This document shows positions 31,658-41,866 of a DNA stretch of 64,000 bases, piece by piece. This stretch comes from Nitrososphaeraceae archaeon (GTDB lineage: Archaea; Thermoproteota; Nitrososphaeria; Nitrososphaerales; Nitrososphaeraceae): the NCBI GenBank assembly GCA_035297365.1, contig DATGZA010000014.1, positions 210,959 through 274,958 on the forward strand. Reading direction: 5' to 3'. The position numbers were made by a program, and so were the translations under genes. Each line of letters starts with the position of its first letter. Position 1 is the first letter of the stretch. Below the pieces are notes generated by a model that saw only the letters and a program-made list of their open reading frames with translations, did no database searches and was not told the DNA's origin.

Positions 31658-32548
31658 TCAATGTTCATGTCTGTGATCGTCCTTATGAACATGGAGATGA
31701 GAGTGTTTTTCATCTCCATGAAAATGTCTGTGACGTAATCTTTTAAGATAAACGTAGAAGAGTGATATTCCAAATCCAGATGCACCGAACAAAACTATCG
31801 TTGCACCTGAAGGAGAATCAATATAAAAACTAGTATACATTCCTAAAAATGCAGTACTAATTCCTATAATAGAAGATAAAAGTAACATCTTAAAAAAATT
31901 ATTTGTAAGCAGTCTTGCAGAAGCAGCTGGTGCTATAATTGCAATGGCAAGAAGTGTAACGCCAATAGAATTCATTGCAGATATAACTACAGATGCAAGA
32001 ACAAGGGAAAATAAAATGTCTACGCGATTTGTATTTATACCATAAACTTTTGCAGTTTCATTATCAAAAATAGTAAATAGTAGTCTTTTTTGAAAGAAGA
32101 AGATAAATACGATTGTAATAATTGTTACTACAGAAATAATCATGAAATCAAAGTCAGTTATAGCTAATATGTTCCCAAATAGCATGGCTTCAAAATTTTT
32201 AATTGGGCTGTGACCTGTATTCATTAACATAACTCCAGCTGCAAAACCGGCAGTAGTAACTATGCCAATTACCGCATCTGCTTTGATTTTATATCTTTTA
32301 TTTATCTCTGTTATTGCTATTGCTGAAAGAAACCCCCATAAGGTTGCTCCAATATAAAAGTTAAGACCAACTAGGTAGCTGCTTACAGCTCCTCCGAAAA
32401 CAGCATGAGATAAACCATGTCCTATATAGCTCATTCCTCTAAGAACAACATACACTCCCAATAACCCACAAATTGATCCTAGCAATATAGACACAATAAT
32501 CCCACGTGTAAAAAATTCATACTGGAAAGGCTGCAGTAAAAAATCCAT
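31658..32548 (-). CDS. Metal ABC transporter permease (ZnuB/TroC-type) with His-rich tail
   Basis: GHGLSHAVFGG, LFGNIL, DSPSGATIV; tail HRHFHGDEKHSHLHVHKDDHRHEH. Confidence 0.9.
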   Translation of the reverse strand: MDFLLQPFQYEFFTRGIIVSILLGSICGLLGVYVVLRGMSYIGHGLSHAVFGGAVSSYLVGLNFYIGATLWGFLSAIAITEINKRYKIKADAVIGIVTTAGFAAGVMLMNTGHSPIKNFEAMLFGNILAITDFDFMIISVVTIITIVFIFFFQKRLLFTIFDNETAKVYGINTNRVDILFSLVLASVVISAMNSIGVTLLAIAIIAPAASARLLTNNFFKMLLLSSIIGISTAFLGMYTSFYIDSPSGATIVLFGASGFGISLFYVYLKRLRHRHFHGDEKHSHLHVHKDDHRHEH

Positions 32549-32567
32549 TTATATTTTTCTCCTCATT

Positions 32568-33311
32568 TTAATTACTTTTTGCTATACCATAAGTTCTATG
32601 AATTACATTTTCAGACAATACGTTATTAGGATATCCTTGAGATATTAACTCTTTGTTCAAACATACTACCCAGGGTAACTTCCTAGCCACACCATCAATA
32701 TCATGTGTAGTAATTATGATAGTAATTCCTTTATTGTTCAGCTCGGTTAATGTTTGTACAAGATTTTCCTTTGACATAGGATCTAGCCCAGAGGTCGGTT
32801 CATCTAAAATCAATATATCGGGATTATGAATCAGAGCTCTTGCTAAAAATGCACGTTTTTGTTCTCCCCCTGATAATTCTCTTATTTGTCTATCCGAATA
32901 ATCATCTAATTCGAGGTCATGCAGGATGGAATTTATTTCTTCTTTTGTTCTACTGTTTATCCATGGAAAACGACCAGAGTTGTTCCAAATACCCATAGCT
33001 ACTAATTCTCTTACTGTAACAGGAAAGTCCCATTCCACACTTTCGACCTGTGGAGAGTAGCCTATAGTAGGAAATGTAACCCCATTATGTTTTGAATTCT
33101 TTTCAAACATGATTGTTCCATTCCATGGTCGAATTAATCCTAAAATCAATTTCAGTAAAGTGGTCTTTCCTGCACCGCTAGGACCCAGTAAACCCACAAA
33201 ACTACCTTTTAAAAAATCTAATGAAATGCCCTCGATTATTGGATCATGGAATTTATATCCAAATGATAAATTTCTTATTGTTATTATACTAGGTATATTA
33301 TTGGAAGCCAT
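32568..33311 (-). CDS. Metal ABC transporter ATP-binding protein (ZnuC-type)
   Basis: GPSGAGKT, DFPVTV, LSGGE, LDEPT, THD. Confidence 0.92.
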   Translation of the reverse strand: MASNNIPSIITIRNLSFGYKFHDPIIEGISLDFLKGSFVGLLGPSGAGKTTLLKLILGLIRPWNGTIMFEKNSKHNGVTFPTIGYSPQVESVEWDFPVTVRELVAMGIWNNSGRFPWINSRTKEEINSILHDLELDDYSDRQIRELSGGEQKRAFLARALIHNPDILILDEPTSGLDPMSKENLVQTLTELNNKGITIIITTHDIDGVARKLPWVVCLNKELISQGYPNNVLSENVIHRTYGIAKSN

Positions 33312-33391
33312 TTTCTAGGTTATGCCTTCTTTAACATCCAATCAGAATAACCTTTTACACTTGTCAATTCTTTTATATCCCAGATTTTAAC

Positions 33392-34396
33392 CTACAATGA
33401 TAAGTCCTTTGAAGCGATTTCCTTTAAAGGCTCTATATTTCCTCCTAGAGGTAGTATCATATTTCTCATATTTTCCAACATCATTCCTATATACGAATGA
33501 TGAGGATCTCCTTCTTTTCCAGGTAAATCATCATCACTCAAGGTTTCTACTATGGTAACATTAGCTTCTTTTGCTATTTGATCTATCATATTGGTAGGAA
33601 AAACCTCAGATGCAAATAATGCTGGGATACTCTCAGTACGGATTTGGTCGATCAATCTCACAAGATCTTGGGGGGACGGTTCACCAAAGTCAGAAGGTTG
33701 TATTGCTCCAATTACAGTCATCCCGTACCTTGGAGCAAAATATGCCCAAGAATCATGATATGTAAGCAATTTTCGGTTTTCTTTGGGTATTGTGTCCACA
33801 GATTTTCTTATACCCTCATCAAGTTCTTTAAGTAGTTCATTATATCTTTGATAATTTGAGATATAATATTTAGAATTGTTCGGGTCTATCTCTATTAATT
33901 TATCCGTTGTAATATTTGCAAATTTCATGGCATATTCTACGTTCAACCAAAGGTGTGGATTAGGATCTCCTTTTTCTTTTGGAAAACTGAAATCGAAAAT
34001 CCAGTCATCTTTTGTTACGGTGTTATCTGCTAGCTTTACCAATTGTATTTTGGGATTTTTTGTAATAATATTTTTCGCAATATTCTCTATACTTTTTTCA
34101 AGATTCAGACCATCTATGACTATGATATCGGCATTGCCTATTTTTATTGCATCAGAAGGAACTGGTTCAAATGTATGAGAATTTACACCTTCAGGAACCA
34201 GACCAACTAGGTTTATTCTTTCTCCGCCGATATTTTTCACAATGTCCGTTATAGGTGCAACTGATGTTACTACATTCAATTTTTTCTTGCCTATATCTGA
34301 AACTTCTATTTCTTGGCCCAAAGCATAATTGGAAAAAACAAAAACGATCGAGATCAAATGAATAAAGGCAATTCCAATACCCGACGATCTATTCAT
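33392..34396 (-). CDS. Metal ABC transporter substrate-binding protein (ZnuA/TroA family)
   Basis: NSHTFEP, NPHLW, TYHDSW, LSDD; likely start MNRSSG at 34396. Confidence 0.9.
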   Translation of the reverse strand: MNRSSGIGIAFIHLISIVFVFSNYALGQEIEVSDIGKKKLNVVTSVAPITDIVKNIGGERINLVGLVPEGVNSHTFEPVPSDAIKIGNADIIVIDGLNLEKSIENIAKNIITKNPKIQLVKLADNTVTKDDWIFDFSFPKEKGDPNPHLWLNVEYAMKFANITTDKLIEIDPNNSKYYISNYQRYNELLKELDEGIRKSVDTIPKENRKLLTYHDSWAYFAPRYGMTVIGAIQPSDFGEPSPQDLVRLIDQIRTESIPALFASEVFPTNMIDQIAKEANVTIVETLSDDDLPGKEGDPHHSYIGMMLENMRNMILPLGGNIEPLKEIASKDLSL

Positions 34397-34415
34397 AAAA
34401 AATTTAATTATTGCG

Positions 34416-34445
34416 AGTATTAAAAATTTACTAAATAGTAATACT
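34416..34445. promoter_or_regulatory. NikR-type operator AGTATTA-N16-TAATACT overlapping the TATA box of the ABC operon
   Basis: Perfect 7-bp arms with a 16-bp spacer; E. coli NikR site is GTATGA-N16-TCATAC; nikR is adjacent. Confidence 0.75.
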
Positions 34446-34597
34446 TTATTCATAATAATCCGATTTAGAGAACAATTGAATCAAACTAAATTTACAATAA
34501 AAGTACAAACCGTGTTATTCATTATACAAATAAATTTATGGTCAGCTGTTACCCCTTCATTTATTTCAAATTTATTCATATAGAATTAATAATGTTT

Positions 34598-35044
34598 TTA
34601 TTTAATGCCAACATAATGCATCTTTATACTTTTTATACCTCTGTTCTCAGAGATAACTTTCATAAAACTTTTCATTCTTCTTATTTTTCCTCTTAGAATG
34701 ATCGTTTCAAGACAGTTATCATGATCCAAGTGTAAATGTGTAGTTGTTACTATAATATCGTTATATTCATGCTGACTCTTTATAGATTCTCTATCATTAC
34801 CGAAGAGATGATTATCGTATAAAACTACTAATGCACCTGCGCCTTCTTGAACTTCTTTTTGTTCCCATTCATTATTATTAATAAATTCATAAAGTGCTTT
34901 TTGAATTGCTTTTGATCTATCTGAAAACCCTGCATTATTCATGGATTTATCAAATTGATCAAGTAAAGTAGGAGATAATGAAATGCTAATTCTAGCAACT
35001 TGATCTTTCTTTTTAACCTCATTTTTGTTCGAGTGCTTAGGCAA
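34598..35044 (-). CDS. nikR: Nickel-responsive regulator NikR
   Basis: RHH domain RISISL...DRSKAI; Ni ligands QH...HLHLDHDNCLE. Confidence 0.9.
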   Translation of the reverse strand: MPKHSNKNEVKKKDQVARISISLSPTLLDQFDKSMNNAGFSDRSKAIQKALYEFINNNEWEQKEVQEGAGALVVLYDNHLFGNDRESIKSQHEYNDIIVTTTHLHLDHDNCLETIILRGKIRRMKSFMKVISENRGIKSIKMHYVGIK

Positions 35045-35118
35045 TTTTATAATAGATCGTATTTTTTATTCTTAAACCTATCTTCAGATTAAATACCTTT
35101 ATTCTTGTCAAGTGGGAT

Positions 35119-35173
35119 CAAGATAGATTTTAAGTAGTCTAAAATCTATTTTGCATAGTGAAAATCTATCTTG
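35119..35173. promoter_or_regulatory. Cluster of 13-bp boxes (CAAGATAGATTTT and two inverted copies) between nikR and the urea transporter
   Basis: 35119-35131 forward; 35141-35153 (1 mismatch) and 35161-35173 (perfect) inverted. Confidence 0.55.
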
Positions 35174-35478
35174 TCTTTGGATTATCTTTACGTATTAAAG
35201 AGGTTATATATCAAAGAAGGACAACATATTTTTGTATAATATCATTAAATCTTCCTTGCAACCATGTGAGCCCATAACTACAAATTTTAATAAATTTTTC
35301 TACTATATACATTTATTTCGATATTTTCCTGATCTGTTTATATTTTTATATTTATGAAGATATTCAATAATCATAAATACTAAAAATGAATTATAATATG
35401 ATCTAAAAGTTTTTACTTTATTAATAAACAAAATTAAATTACAAATTAATAAACAATACTTTGTGAAAATCTACCTAC

Positions 35479-36594
35479 ATGGGAATAGCAGATTTTGTGT
35501 CCGGTAATCCGGGATTGGACTTCTTTTATATTCTGTTTAATGGAATTTCGGAAGTTCCACTCTTCAGTTCTCCGGTCACTGGTATCCTGATACTAATTGG
35601 AGTATTTATCGCGTCAAGAAATGCTGGAATAATGATGGTAATTTCTGGTCTAATAGGTGCGGGGATGGCTATATTGCTAGGCGCTCCATATGGACTTGTT
35701 GCATTCGGTCTTTTTGGTTATAACTCTATACTCACTGGTATGGCTTTTTGGTCTGGACCTTTCGTTAAATCTAACAAGGCAACATTCTTCATATCGATAT
35801 TTGGTGCAGCTGTTACGGCAGTAGTCTGGATGGCAATGGGTCATGTGATGGGAGACATGTTTGTTCTACATGGTTTATCTGCATCTTGGGCAATTCCTGG
35901 CTTTACGTCATCATTCATCTTTACAACTTGGACATTGATGTACGCCACAAAAAGATTTGGACATGATATTTGGCCTGAACCTGCACCCGCGCCACATGAA
36001 CTGTTGATAAAAGGTAGTGGAAACCCTGTTCTGGTGCATGAAGAGAATTTCAAATGGACAGCAGGAGAATTTATAAAATCAACGTTAAAAGGTGTTTCCC
36101 AGGTTACATTTGTAGAAAACTGGAAGACTGGAATCTTTTGGGTGGTTGGGCTTACGTTAGCGTTTGAATTGGCACCATTTATAACTGGCCAAGATAGACC
36201 TTGGTGGACAAATGGTTATACTGCACAATGGAATGAATTTTCTCCGCTTTATTTGGGTGGCTTGATGGCTTTTGTTGGTTCTGCAGTGGGGGCTGGAATG
36301 GCAATATTGACCAAATTGCCAACAGGCGAGATAAGAGCAGGTCTACATGGGTTTAACCAAGTATTGGTAATGATCGCTCTCACCAGTTTTCTGCCTCTTA
36401 CGCCACAATCTGTATTGATTGCATTACTTGCTACCGTCTCGTGTGGTTTTGTGATGCCGGCGATGCAACGATTCTTTGGAATGTGGGGATTGCCAGCGTT
36501 AACAGGTCCGTTCGTTTTCACTGCATGGGTCTTCTTACTTGGGATATCTGGCTTCTCAAATATACCTGCTGGGATCGGTTGGTCACGACCATAG
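35479..36594 (+). CDS. Urea transporter (UT/Yut family)
   Basis: Two internal repeats: GISEV...GLFGYN...PGFTSSF and GVSQV...GLHGFN...PALTGPF; many TMs; upstream of urease. Confidence 0.88.
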   Translation: MGIADFVSGNPGLDFFYILFNGISEVPLFSSPVTGILILIGVFIASRNAGIMMVISGLIGAGMAILLGAPYGLVAFGLFGYNSILTGMAFWSGPFVKSNKATFFISIFGAAVTAVVWMAMGHVMGDMFVLHGLSASWAIPGFTSSFIFTTWTLMYATKRFGHDIWPEPAPAPHELLIKGSGNPVLVHEENFKWTAGEFIKSTLKGVSQVTFVENWKTGIFWVVGLTLAFELAPFITGQDRPWWTNGYTAQWNEFSPLYLGGLMAFVGSAVGAGMAILTKLPTGEIRAGLHGFNQVLVMIALTSFLPLTPQSVLIALLATVSCGFVMPAMQRFFGMWGLPALTGPFVFTAWVFLLGISGFSNIPAGIGWSRP

Positions 36595-36628
36595 ATTATG
36601 GAAAAATCCCATTTTCTTCATTTTTTAA

Positions 36629-37219
36629 GTGAAAAAAATGAACATACAGGAATTTAATCAATTTTTGAAACTTACAAGCGAAGGAAGAGAGAATTCCGAT
36701 ATCCAAAAAATCAAGATGTTTATAGATTGGTGCAATAAAAACAACTACGAAGAAATACTTCTAAGACTTAGTTCCGAAAAAGATGCAGGTTTAGGAGATA
36801 ACCGGATAATAGACTTTACAACAAAACGAATTATTATTACCAAAAAAAGTTTTATAAAAAAATTTCTTGATGTTGGTTATGTAGCTGGGATGGGTCCATT
36901 TCCATACATAATATTATCCGAAAAAAAACACACATCAAAAATAAAGGATTCAGCAAAAGTAGACGTCAGAAAAATTATGAACAGGTCAGATTTTGAATAT
37001 TCTTTAGATTATGATTTAGTAAATCAAGTTATTGTAAGCCAAGGTTCTAGTTCTGTAGTTAGAAATATGTTTGGCTCATTTATAGCAAAAAATTACTTGA
37101 CTATAATTACGGATAAGCAAAGGTATGAGTATATTTTGCCAGCTAAGAAGAATGGTGATTTTTATAGAATGACACATTGGCTTCAGGTTCTTCCAGTAAA
37201 GGTTTCAGTCGTATATTGA
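36629..37219 (+). CDS. Hypothetical protein in the urea locus (possible PH-like fold)
   Basis: 196-aa ORF; IDFTTKRIII motif. Confidence 0.7.
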   Translation: MKKMNIQEFNQFLKLTSEGRENSDIQKIKMFIDWCNKNNYEEILLRLSSEKDAGLGDNRIIDFTTKRIIITKKSFIKKFLDVGYVAGMGPFPYIILSEKKHTSKIKDSAKVDVRKIMNRSDFEYSLDYDLVNQVIVSQGSSSVVRNMFGSFIAKNYLTIITDKQRYEYILPAKKNGDFYRMTHWLQVLPVKVSVVY

Positions 37220-37242
37220 TTTTTGCCGACGTCGGCAAAAAT
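37219..37242. promoter_or_regulatory. Perfect 24-bp palindrome immediately upstream of the ureA TATA box
   Basis: atttttgccgac|gtcggcaaaaat; ttttatataaa at 37246. Confidence 0.65.
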
Positions 37243-37316
37243 TACTTTTATATAAATTAATTCTTTCAAATTTAAAATATTTCAAATTCACTAGTATCAT
37301 AAGGTGAATTGTAGAT

Positions 37317-37619
37317 ATGATGTTAGTTCCACGTGAAGTGGATAAAATGATGATTTGGACCGCAGCACAAATTGCTGAAGGCCGTAAAAAAAGGGGAATA
37401 AAACTCAATCATCCGGAAACTGTTGCATATATAGCGAACTATGTAGTCGAGGGCGCAAGAGAAGGAAAAAGTGTGGCAGAATTAATGAAATCTGCTAGAG
37501 AGGTTCTAACAAGGAATGATGTTATGGAAGGGGTACCGGAACTGATTCATACTGTTCAGGTTGAAGCTACTTTTCCAGATGGTACCAAGTTAGTTACCGT
37601 TCATGATCCAGTTCAATAG
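37317..37619 (+). CDS. ureA: Urease subunit gamma
   Basis: [30 protein letters not shown]. Confidence 0.98.
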   Translation: MMLVPREVDKMMIWTAAQIAEGRKKRGIKLNHPETVAYIANYVVEGAREGKSVAELMKSAREVLTRNDVMEGVPELIHTVQVEATFPDGTKLVTVHDPVQ

Positions 37620-37689
37620 GAGTGAAAAAAATGATTAGAAATTTTGAAAAAAATAAAATAAAGAAAGGTAAGGAGGCTTTTAAATCGAA

Positions 37690-38064
37690 ATGATTCCAGG
37701 CGAATATATTTTGTCTTCGGAGCCTGTAATCTGTAATCCAAATTATAAAACTGTCAAGGTTACTGTAAAGAATACTGGGGACAGGGCATGCCAGATAGGA
37801 TCTCATACACACTTTTTTGAAGTAAATAGGGCTTTAGATTTTCCAAGAGAAAAAACATATGGATACAGATTGAACATACCTGCTGGCACTTCAATTAGAT
37901 TTGAACCAGGTGATTCACGAGAAGTAGAGTTATGTGAACTAGGTGGTAAACGAATTGTATATGGATTTAACGGTCTGACGATGGGCGGTCTCAATTCGTC
38001 TGTCATAAAGGATGCTGCCATGGAAAAAGCGACGAAACTTGGATACGGTGGGATGAGCAAATAA
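37690..38064 (+). CDS. ureB: Urease subunit beta
   Basis: MIPGE, NTGDR, QIGSHTHFFE, RLNIPAGTSIRFEPG. Confidence 0.98.
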   Translation: MIPGEYILSSEPVICNPNYKTVKVTVKNTGDRACQIGSHTHFFEVNRALDFPREKTYGYRLNIPAGTSIRFEPGDSREVELCELGGKRIVYGFNGLTMGGLNSSVIKDAAMEKATKLGYGGMSK

Positions 38065-38086
38065 AACTCAAGGGGCATGAATTAAA

Positions 38087-39814
38087 ATGGTTTTGAAATT
38101 AACTAGAAAACAATATACCGACCTCTTTGGACCGTCAAAAGGTGACAAAATAAGACTTGCAGATACTGACATAATTATCGAAGTTGAAAAGGACTTGATC
38201 TCCCAAGGAGATGAATGTGTCTTTGGTGGGGGCAAAACGATAAGAGATGGACTGGCGCAAGCATCAGGTATTACCAATGCAAACGGTGCTTTAGACTTTG
38301 TCATAACAAATGCCGTAGTTTTAGATCCTATATTGGGGATTGTAAAGGCAGACATTGGTATCAAGGATGGAAAGATAGCAGGAATAGGAAATTCAGGTAA
38401 CCCATATACTATGGACCATGTTAATACGAACATGATTGTCTCAGCGTGTACAGAGGCAACTGCGGGTGAACATACAATTTGTACTCCTGGTCACTGGGAT
38501 ACCCACGTACACATGATCTCTCCACAACAGTACGTGGATGCAATTAGCAACGGAATCACTACTATGATAGGGGGTGGAACTGGACCTGCAGATGGAACAA
38601 ATGCAACAACATGCACACCAGGATCCTTCAATATTAGTAGGATGATGGAGAGTGTAGAGGATATCCCAGTCAATTGGGGTTTCTTGGGCAAAGGAAATGA
38701 TTCACATCCATCACTTGCCACACAGATAGAACAAATTGAAGCTGGGGCATGTGGATTAAAAGATCATGAAGACTGGGGAACAACTGCTGCAGTTTTAGAC
38801 GCATCTCTTAGGGCAGTAGACATGACTGATACACAATTAGCTATACATACCGATTCAATAAACGAATGTGGTTACGTTGAAGACACAATTAATGCGATAG
38901 ATGGTAGGACACTCCATACATATCACACTGAGGGTGCAGGTGGTGGACATGCTCCAGATATTATGAAAATCGCAGGTGAGCAGTTTGCACTCCCCTCATC
39001 AACTAATCCAACTAGACCATATACTGTGAATACGGTTGATGAACACCTTGATATGCTGATGTTTTGTCATCACCTCAATCCAGCAGTACCTGAGGATGTG
39101 GCTTTTGCAGAGTCAAGAATCAGAGCAGAGACAATTGCTGCAGAAGATGTATTGCATGACGAGGGAGTGTTGAGCATGTATTCATCTGATAGCCAAGCTA
39201 TGGGTAGAATTGGTGAAGTTGTAATCAGGGCATGGCAAACCGCTGACAAGATGAAGAAAATGAAAGGAAGATTGACAGAAGAAACAGGAGACAATGATAA
39301 TCTTAGAGCTAAAAGGTATATTGCAAAGACTACCATCAATCCTGCTATAACGCATGGTGCCGCTGATATCCTTGGGTCTCTAGAAGTAGGAAAATATGCT
39401 GATATCGTTATGTACCAAACACCCTTTTTTGGAGTCAAGCCAAAAATGATTTTTAAAGGTGGTTTCATTGCTTGGTCAATCATGGGTGATCCTAATGCGT
39501 CCATCCCAACGCCTGAACCTGTCTATTATAGACCAATGTTTGGTGCTATGGGTAAGGCGGTAAAAAGAACGTCCTTAACTTTATCATCAAAGGCAGCCGT
39601 AAATCTTGGAGTGAGAGAAAAACTAGGATTAGAAAAGGTTCTACATCCGGTACACAATTGCAGAAACATTGGCAAAAAAGATATGGTCTGGAACGATAAA
39701 ACTCCAGAGATTACTATAGATCCTGAGACATACGAGGTAAAACTGGACGGAAAAATAGCTACAGTTGACCCTGCAAAAGAATTATCCCTAGCACAAAGAT
39801 ACTTCATGGCATAA
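38087..39814 (+). CDS. ureC: Urease subunit alpha
   Basis: [43 protein letters not shown]. Confidence 0.99.
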   Translation: MVLKLTRKQYTDLFGPSKGDKIRLADTDIIIEVEKDLISQGDECVFGGGKTIRDGLAQASGITNANGALDFVITNAVVLDPILGIVKADIGIKDGKIAGIGNSGNPYTMDHVNTNMIVSACTEATAGEHTICTPGHWDTHVHMISPQQYVDAISNGITTMIGGGTGPADGTNATTCTPGSFNISRMMESVEDIPVNWGFLGKGNDSHPSLATQIEQIEAGACGLKDHEDWGTTAAVLDASLRAVDMTDTQLAIHTDSINECGYVEDTINAIDGRTLHTYHTEGAGGGHAPDIMKIAGEQFALPSSTNPTRPYTVNTVDEHLDMLMFCHHLNPAVPEDVAFAESRIRAETIAAEDVLHDEGVLSMYSSDSQAMGRIGEVVIRAWQTADKMKKMKGRLTEETGDNDNLRAKRYIAKTTINPAITHGAADILGSLEVGKYADIVMYQTPFFGVKPKMIFKGGFIAWSIMGDPNASIPTPEPVYYRPMFGAMGKAVKRTSLTLSSKAAVNLGVREKLGLEKVLHPVHNCRNIGKKDMVWNDKTPEITIDPETYEVKLDGKIATVDPAKELSLAQRYFMA

Positions 39815-39899
39815 GAGATAAAACTATACCGACATCTACTATTTTTTATTTTATTTTCTTTTTTATCGAGATATATACTTCATAGTAGGATAATATTTT

Positions 39900-41456
39900 A
39901 TGTCTAATCCAAATTATGGAGTTTGGAGACCAATTGCAGAAAATGTAGAGTTTAATGCTCTTGAATCTAATTCACAAGCAGTAATGGCTGTTGCAGAAAC
40001 AGTCAGAACAACTTTAGGTCCAAAAGGTCTCGATAAACTCTTGATAGATCAAGCTATGAATCGACACGTTTCAAACGATGGAGTTACCATTTTACTCTCT
40101 TTAAGGGCCATACATCCAGTTGCAAGAATGATAGTTGAAATTGCAGAAAGACAAGAACAGCTAGTCGGTGACGGTACAACTACCGCGGTTGTAATGGCTT
40201 CTGAAATGATAAAAGAAGGGAAGAGGCTAGTAAAGGAACTAGGAGTGCATCCAACCAAAGTAGTGGAAGGGATAGATAATGGTGTTAAACAAGCATGCAA
40301 ACTTTTAGAAAAACAAGCAAAGAGTATATCATTGAATGATGACGAGCTTGAACAAGTAATAAGAACATCTCTCAATTCTAAATTAGACGGTGCAAATTTA
40401 TCTACGTTGGTTATCAAATCCATTAGAACCATTGGAGAAAATTCTGTCTATAACTCATCTTTTGATTTTGATAAATCAATTAAAGTGATAAGAAAAACAA
40501 ACGTTTCTGACACAGTATTCAATGGTGTTGTGTTGGAAAGAAAAAGACTCGACACAGAGATGCCACTCAAAATTGATAAACCTAAGATAATGATAGTAAA
40601 ACTAGATTTAAAACCAGTTAAAGAATCTTGGTTGAAAGAAAATAATCGTTATGAAGAAATACTGACCATGGAAAATGATAGACTTTCAAAGTCTAAAAAG
40701 ATAGTTGATGAAATTGTGTCTACTGGAGCCAACACACTTTTGATAGCTTCTCCAGAAATAGATGAGGTTATAGAAAATCTTTTAGTGTCTAAAAAGATCT
40801 TTGCTGTCAGGATCTCTTCTGATGAAATTGAATTTCTGTCTCGATATCTTGGAACACGACCTGTGAGAATGATAGATGATCTAAAAGGGGACACTATCAT
40901 TGGAAATGCTGACTGCATTCATGAAAATGAAGATGAAGGACTAATTTACCTTGAAAATGGTTCTGGAAAAAATATTGTTTCCATAATAGTATCAGGAACT
41001 ACGAAAGAGACATCTCTTGAGAGGTGGAGATCAGTAATAGATGGAGTTAATGCTGCTGAAGCCGCCCTTAATAAAGGTGTTGTAGCAGGGGGTGGAGCAG
41101 CAGAATTACATGTTATTGAAAAGTTAAAAGGTTTGAGGATGAAAGGCCTAGAGCAGGTAGGAGTTGAAGTAGTAGCATCAGCGCTTGAAAGCATAATGAG
41201 ACAAATTTTAACAAATGCTGGCTTTAATGGTCTAGAAAAAGTGATGGCTGCAAAAGCATCAAAACAAAATATTGGTGTTGATATAGATAGTGGTGATCTA
41301 GTGGATATGTGTGAAAAGGGGGTTATCGATCCTTTATTGGTTAAGATAATGGCCCTCGAAGCTGCTGGAGAAATTTCAAAATCTGTCCTTAGAATTGATA
41401 GAAATCTTGCCGCTGAAGACCTAAGTCAACAGGCCGTTTCTGAAACAAGGAGGTAA
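39900..41456 (+). CDS. Divergent group II chaperonin (thermosome-like) inside the urease operon
   Basis: TTLGPKGLDK, NDGVTIL, GDGTTT, VAGGGAAE, GVIDP, VLRID. Confidence 0.9.
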   Translation: MSNPNYGVWRPIAENVEFNALESNSQAVMAVAETVRTTLGPKGLDKLLIDQAMNRHVSNDGVTILLSLRAIHPVARMIVEIAERQEQLVGDGTTTAVVMASEMIKEGKRLVKELGVHPTKVVEGIDNGVKQACKLLEKQAKSISLNDDELEQVIRTSLNSKLDGANLSTLVIKSIRTIGENSVYNSSFDFDKSIKVIRKTNVSDTVFNGVVLERKRLDTEMPLKIDKPKIMIVKLDLKPVKESWLKENNRYEEILTMENDRLSKSKKIVDEIVSTGANTLLIASPEIDEVIENLLVSKKIFAVRISSDEIEFLSRYLGTRPVRMIDDLKGDTIIGNADCIHENEDEGLIYLENGSGKNIVSIIVSGTTKETSLERWRSVIDGVNAAEAALNKGVVAGGGAAELHVIEKLKGLRMKGLEQVGVEVVASALESIMRQILTNAGFNGLEKVMAAKASKQNIGVDIDSGDLVDMCEKGVIDPLLVKIMALEAAGEISKSVLRIDRNLAAEDLSQQAVSETRR

Positions 41457-41465
41457 AAGAGAGAA

Positions 41466-41858
41466 GTGCAAATTCGTCACTGTGTAGAAAAAGATAATGT
41501 AAATGAACAGATGATAATCAAGGATCCCACAAAAATAAGACACGTAGTTATTTTTGGAGGAAAGATAAAGTCAATGTCAGGTTTTATTGATCCTGCTTCT
41601 CATCTTAATATTGATTATCCATTACACAAGGTAACAAAATGTGTTATTGCGAAGAAATTTGAGTTAGGTTCTGATATTCTTTTCTCTAATAACGGGTTTA
41701 TCTTTGCCTTGGTGATGTCTTCACATTTTGATAATTATGGATACCTAGACTATACAAAAAATCTTTCTGAAATGATTGAAAAAGTAAATGATCTTAAGAC
41801 TTCTATATCAGTTAAAAAAGTATTGGAACAAGAAAACACAACAGAGCAGGTGGAGTAA
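41466..41858 (+). CDS. Hypothetical protein in the urease operon
   Basis: 130-aa ORF with <10-nt gaps to the chaperonin and ureE. Confidence 0.75.
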   Translation: MQIRHCVEKDNVNEQMIIKDPTKIRHVVIFGGKIKSMSGFIDPASHLNIDYPLHKVTKCVIAKKFELGSDILFSNNGFIFALVMSSHFDNYGYLDYTKNLSEMIEKVNDLKTSISVKKVLEQENTTEQVE

Positions 41859-41866
41859 TAAAAAAA

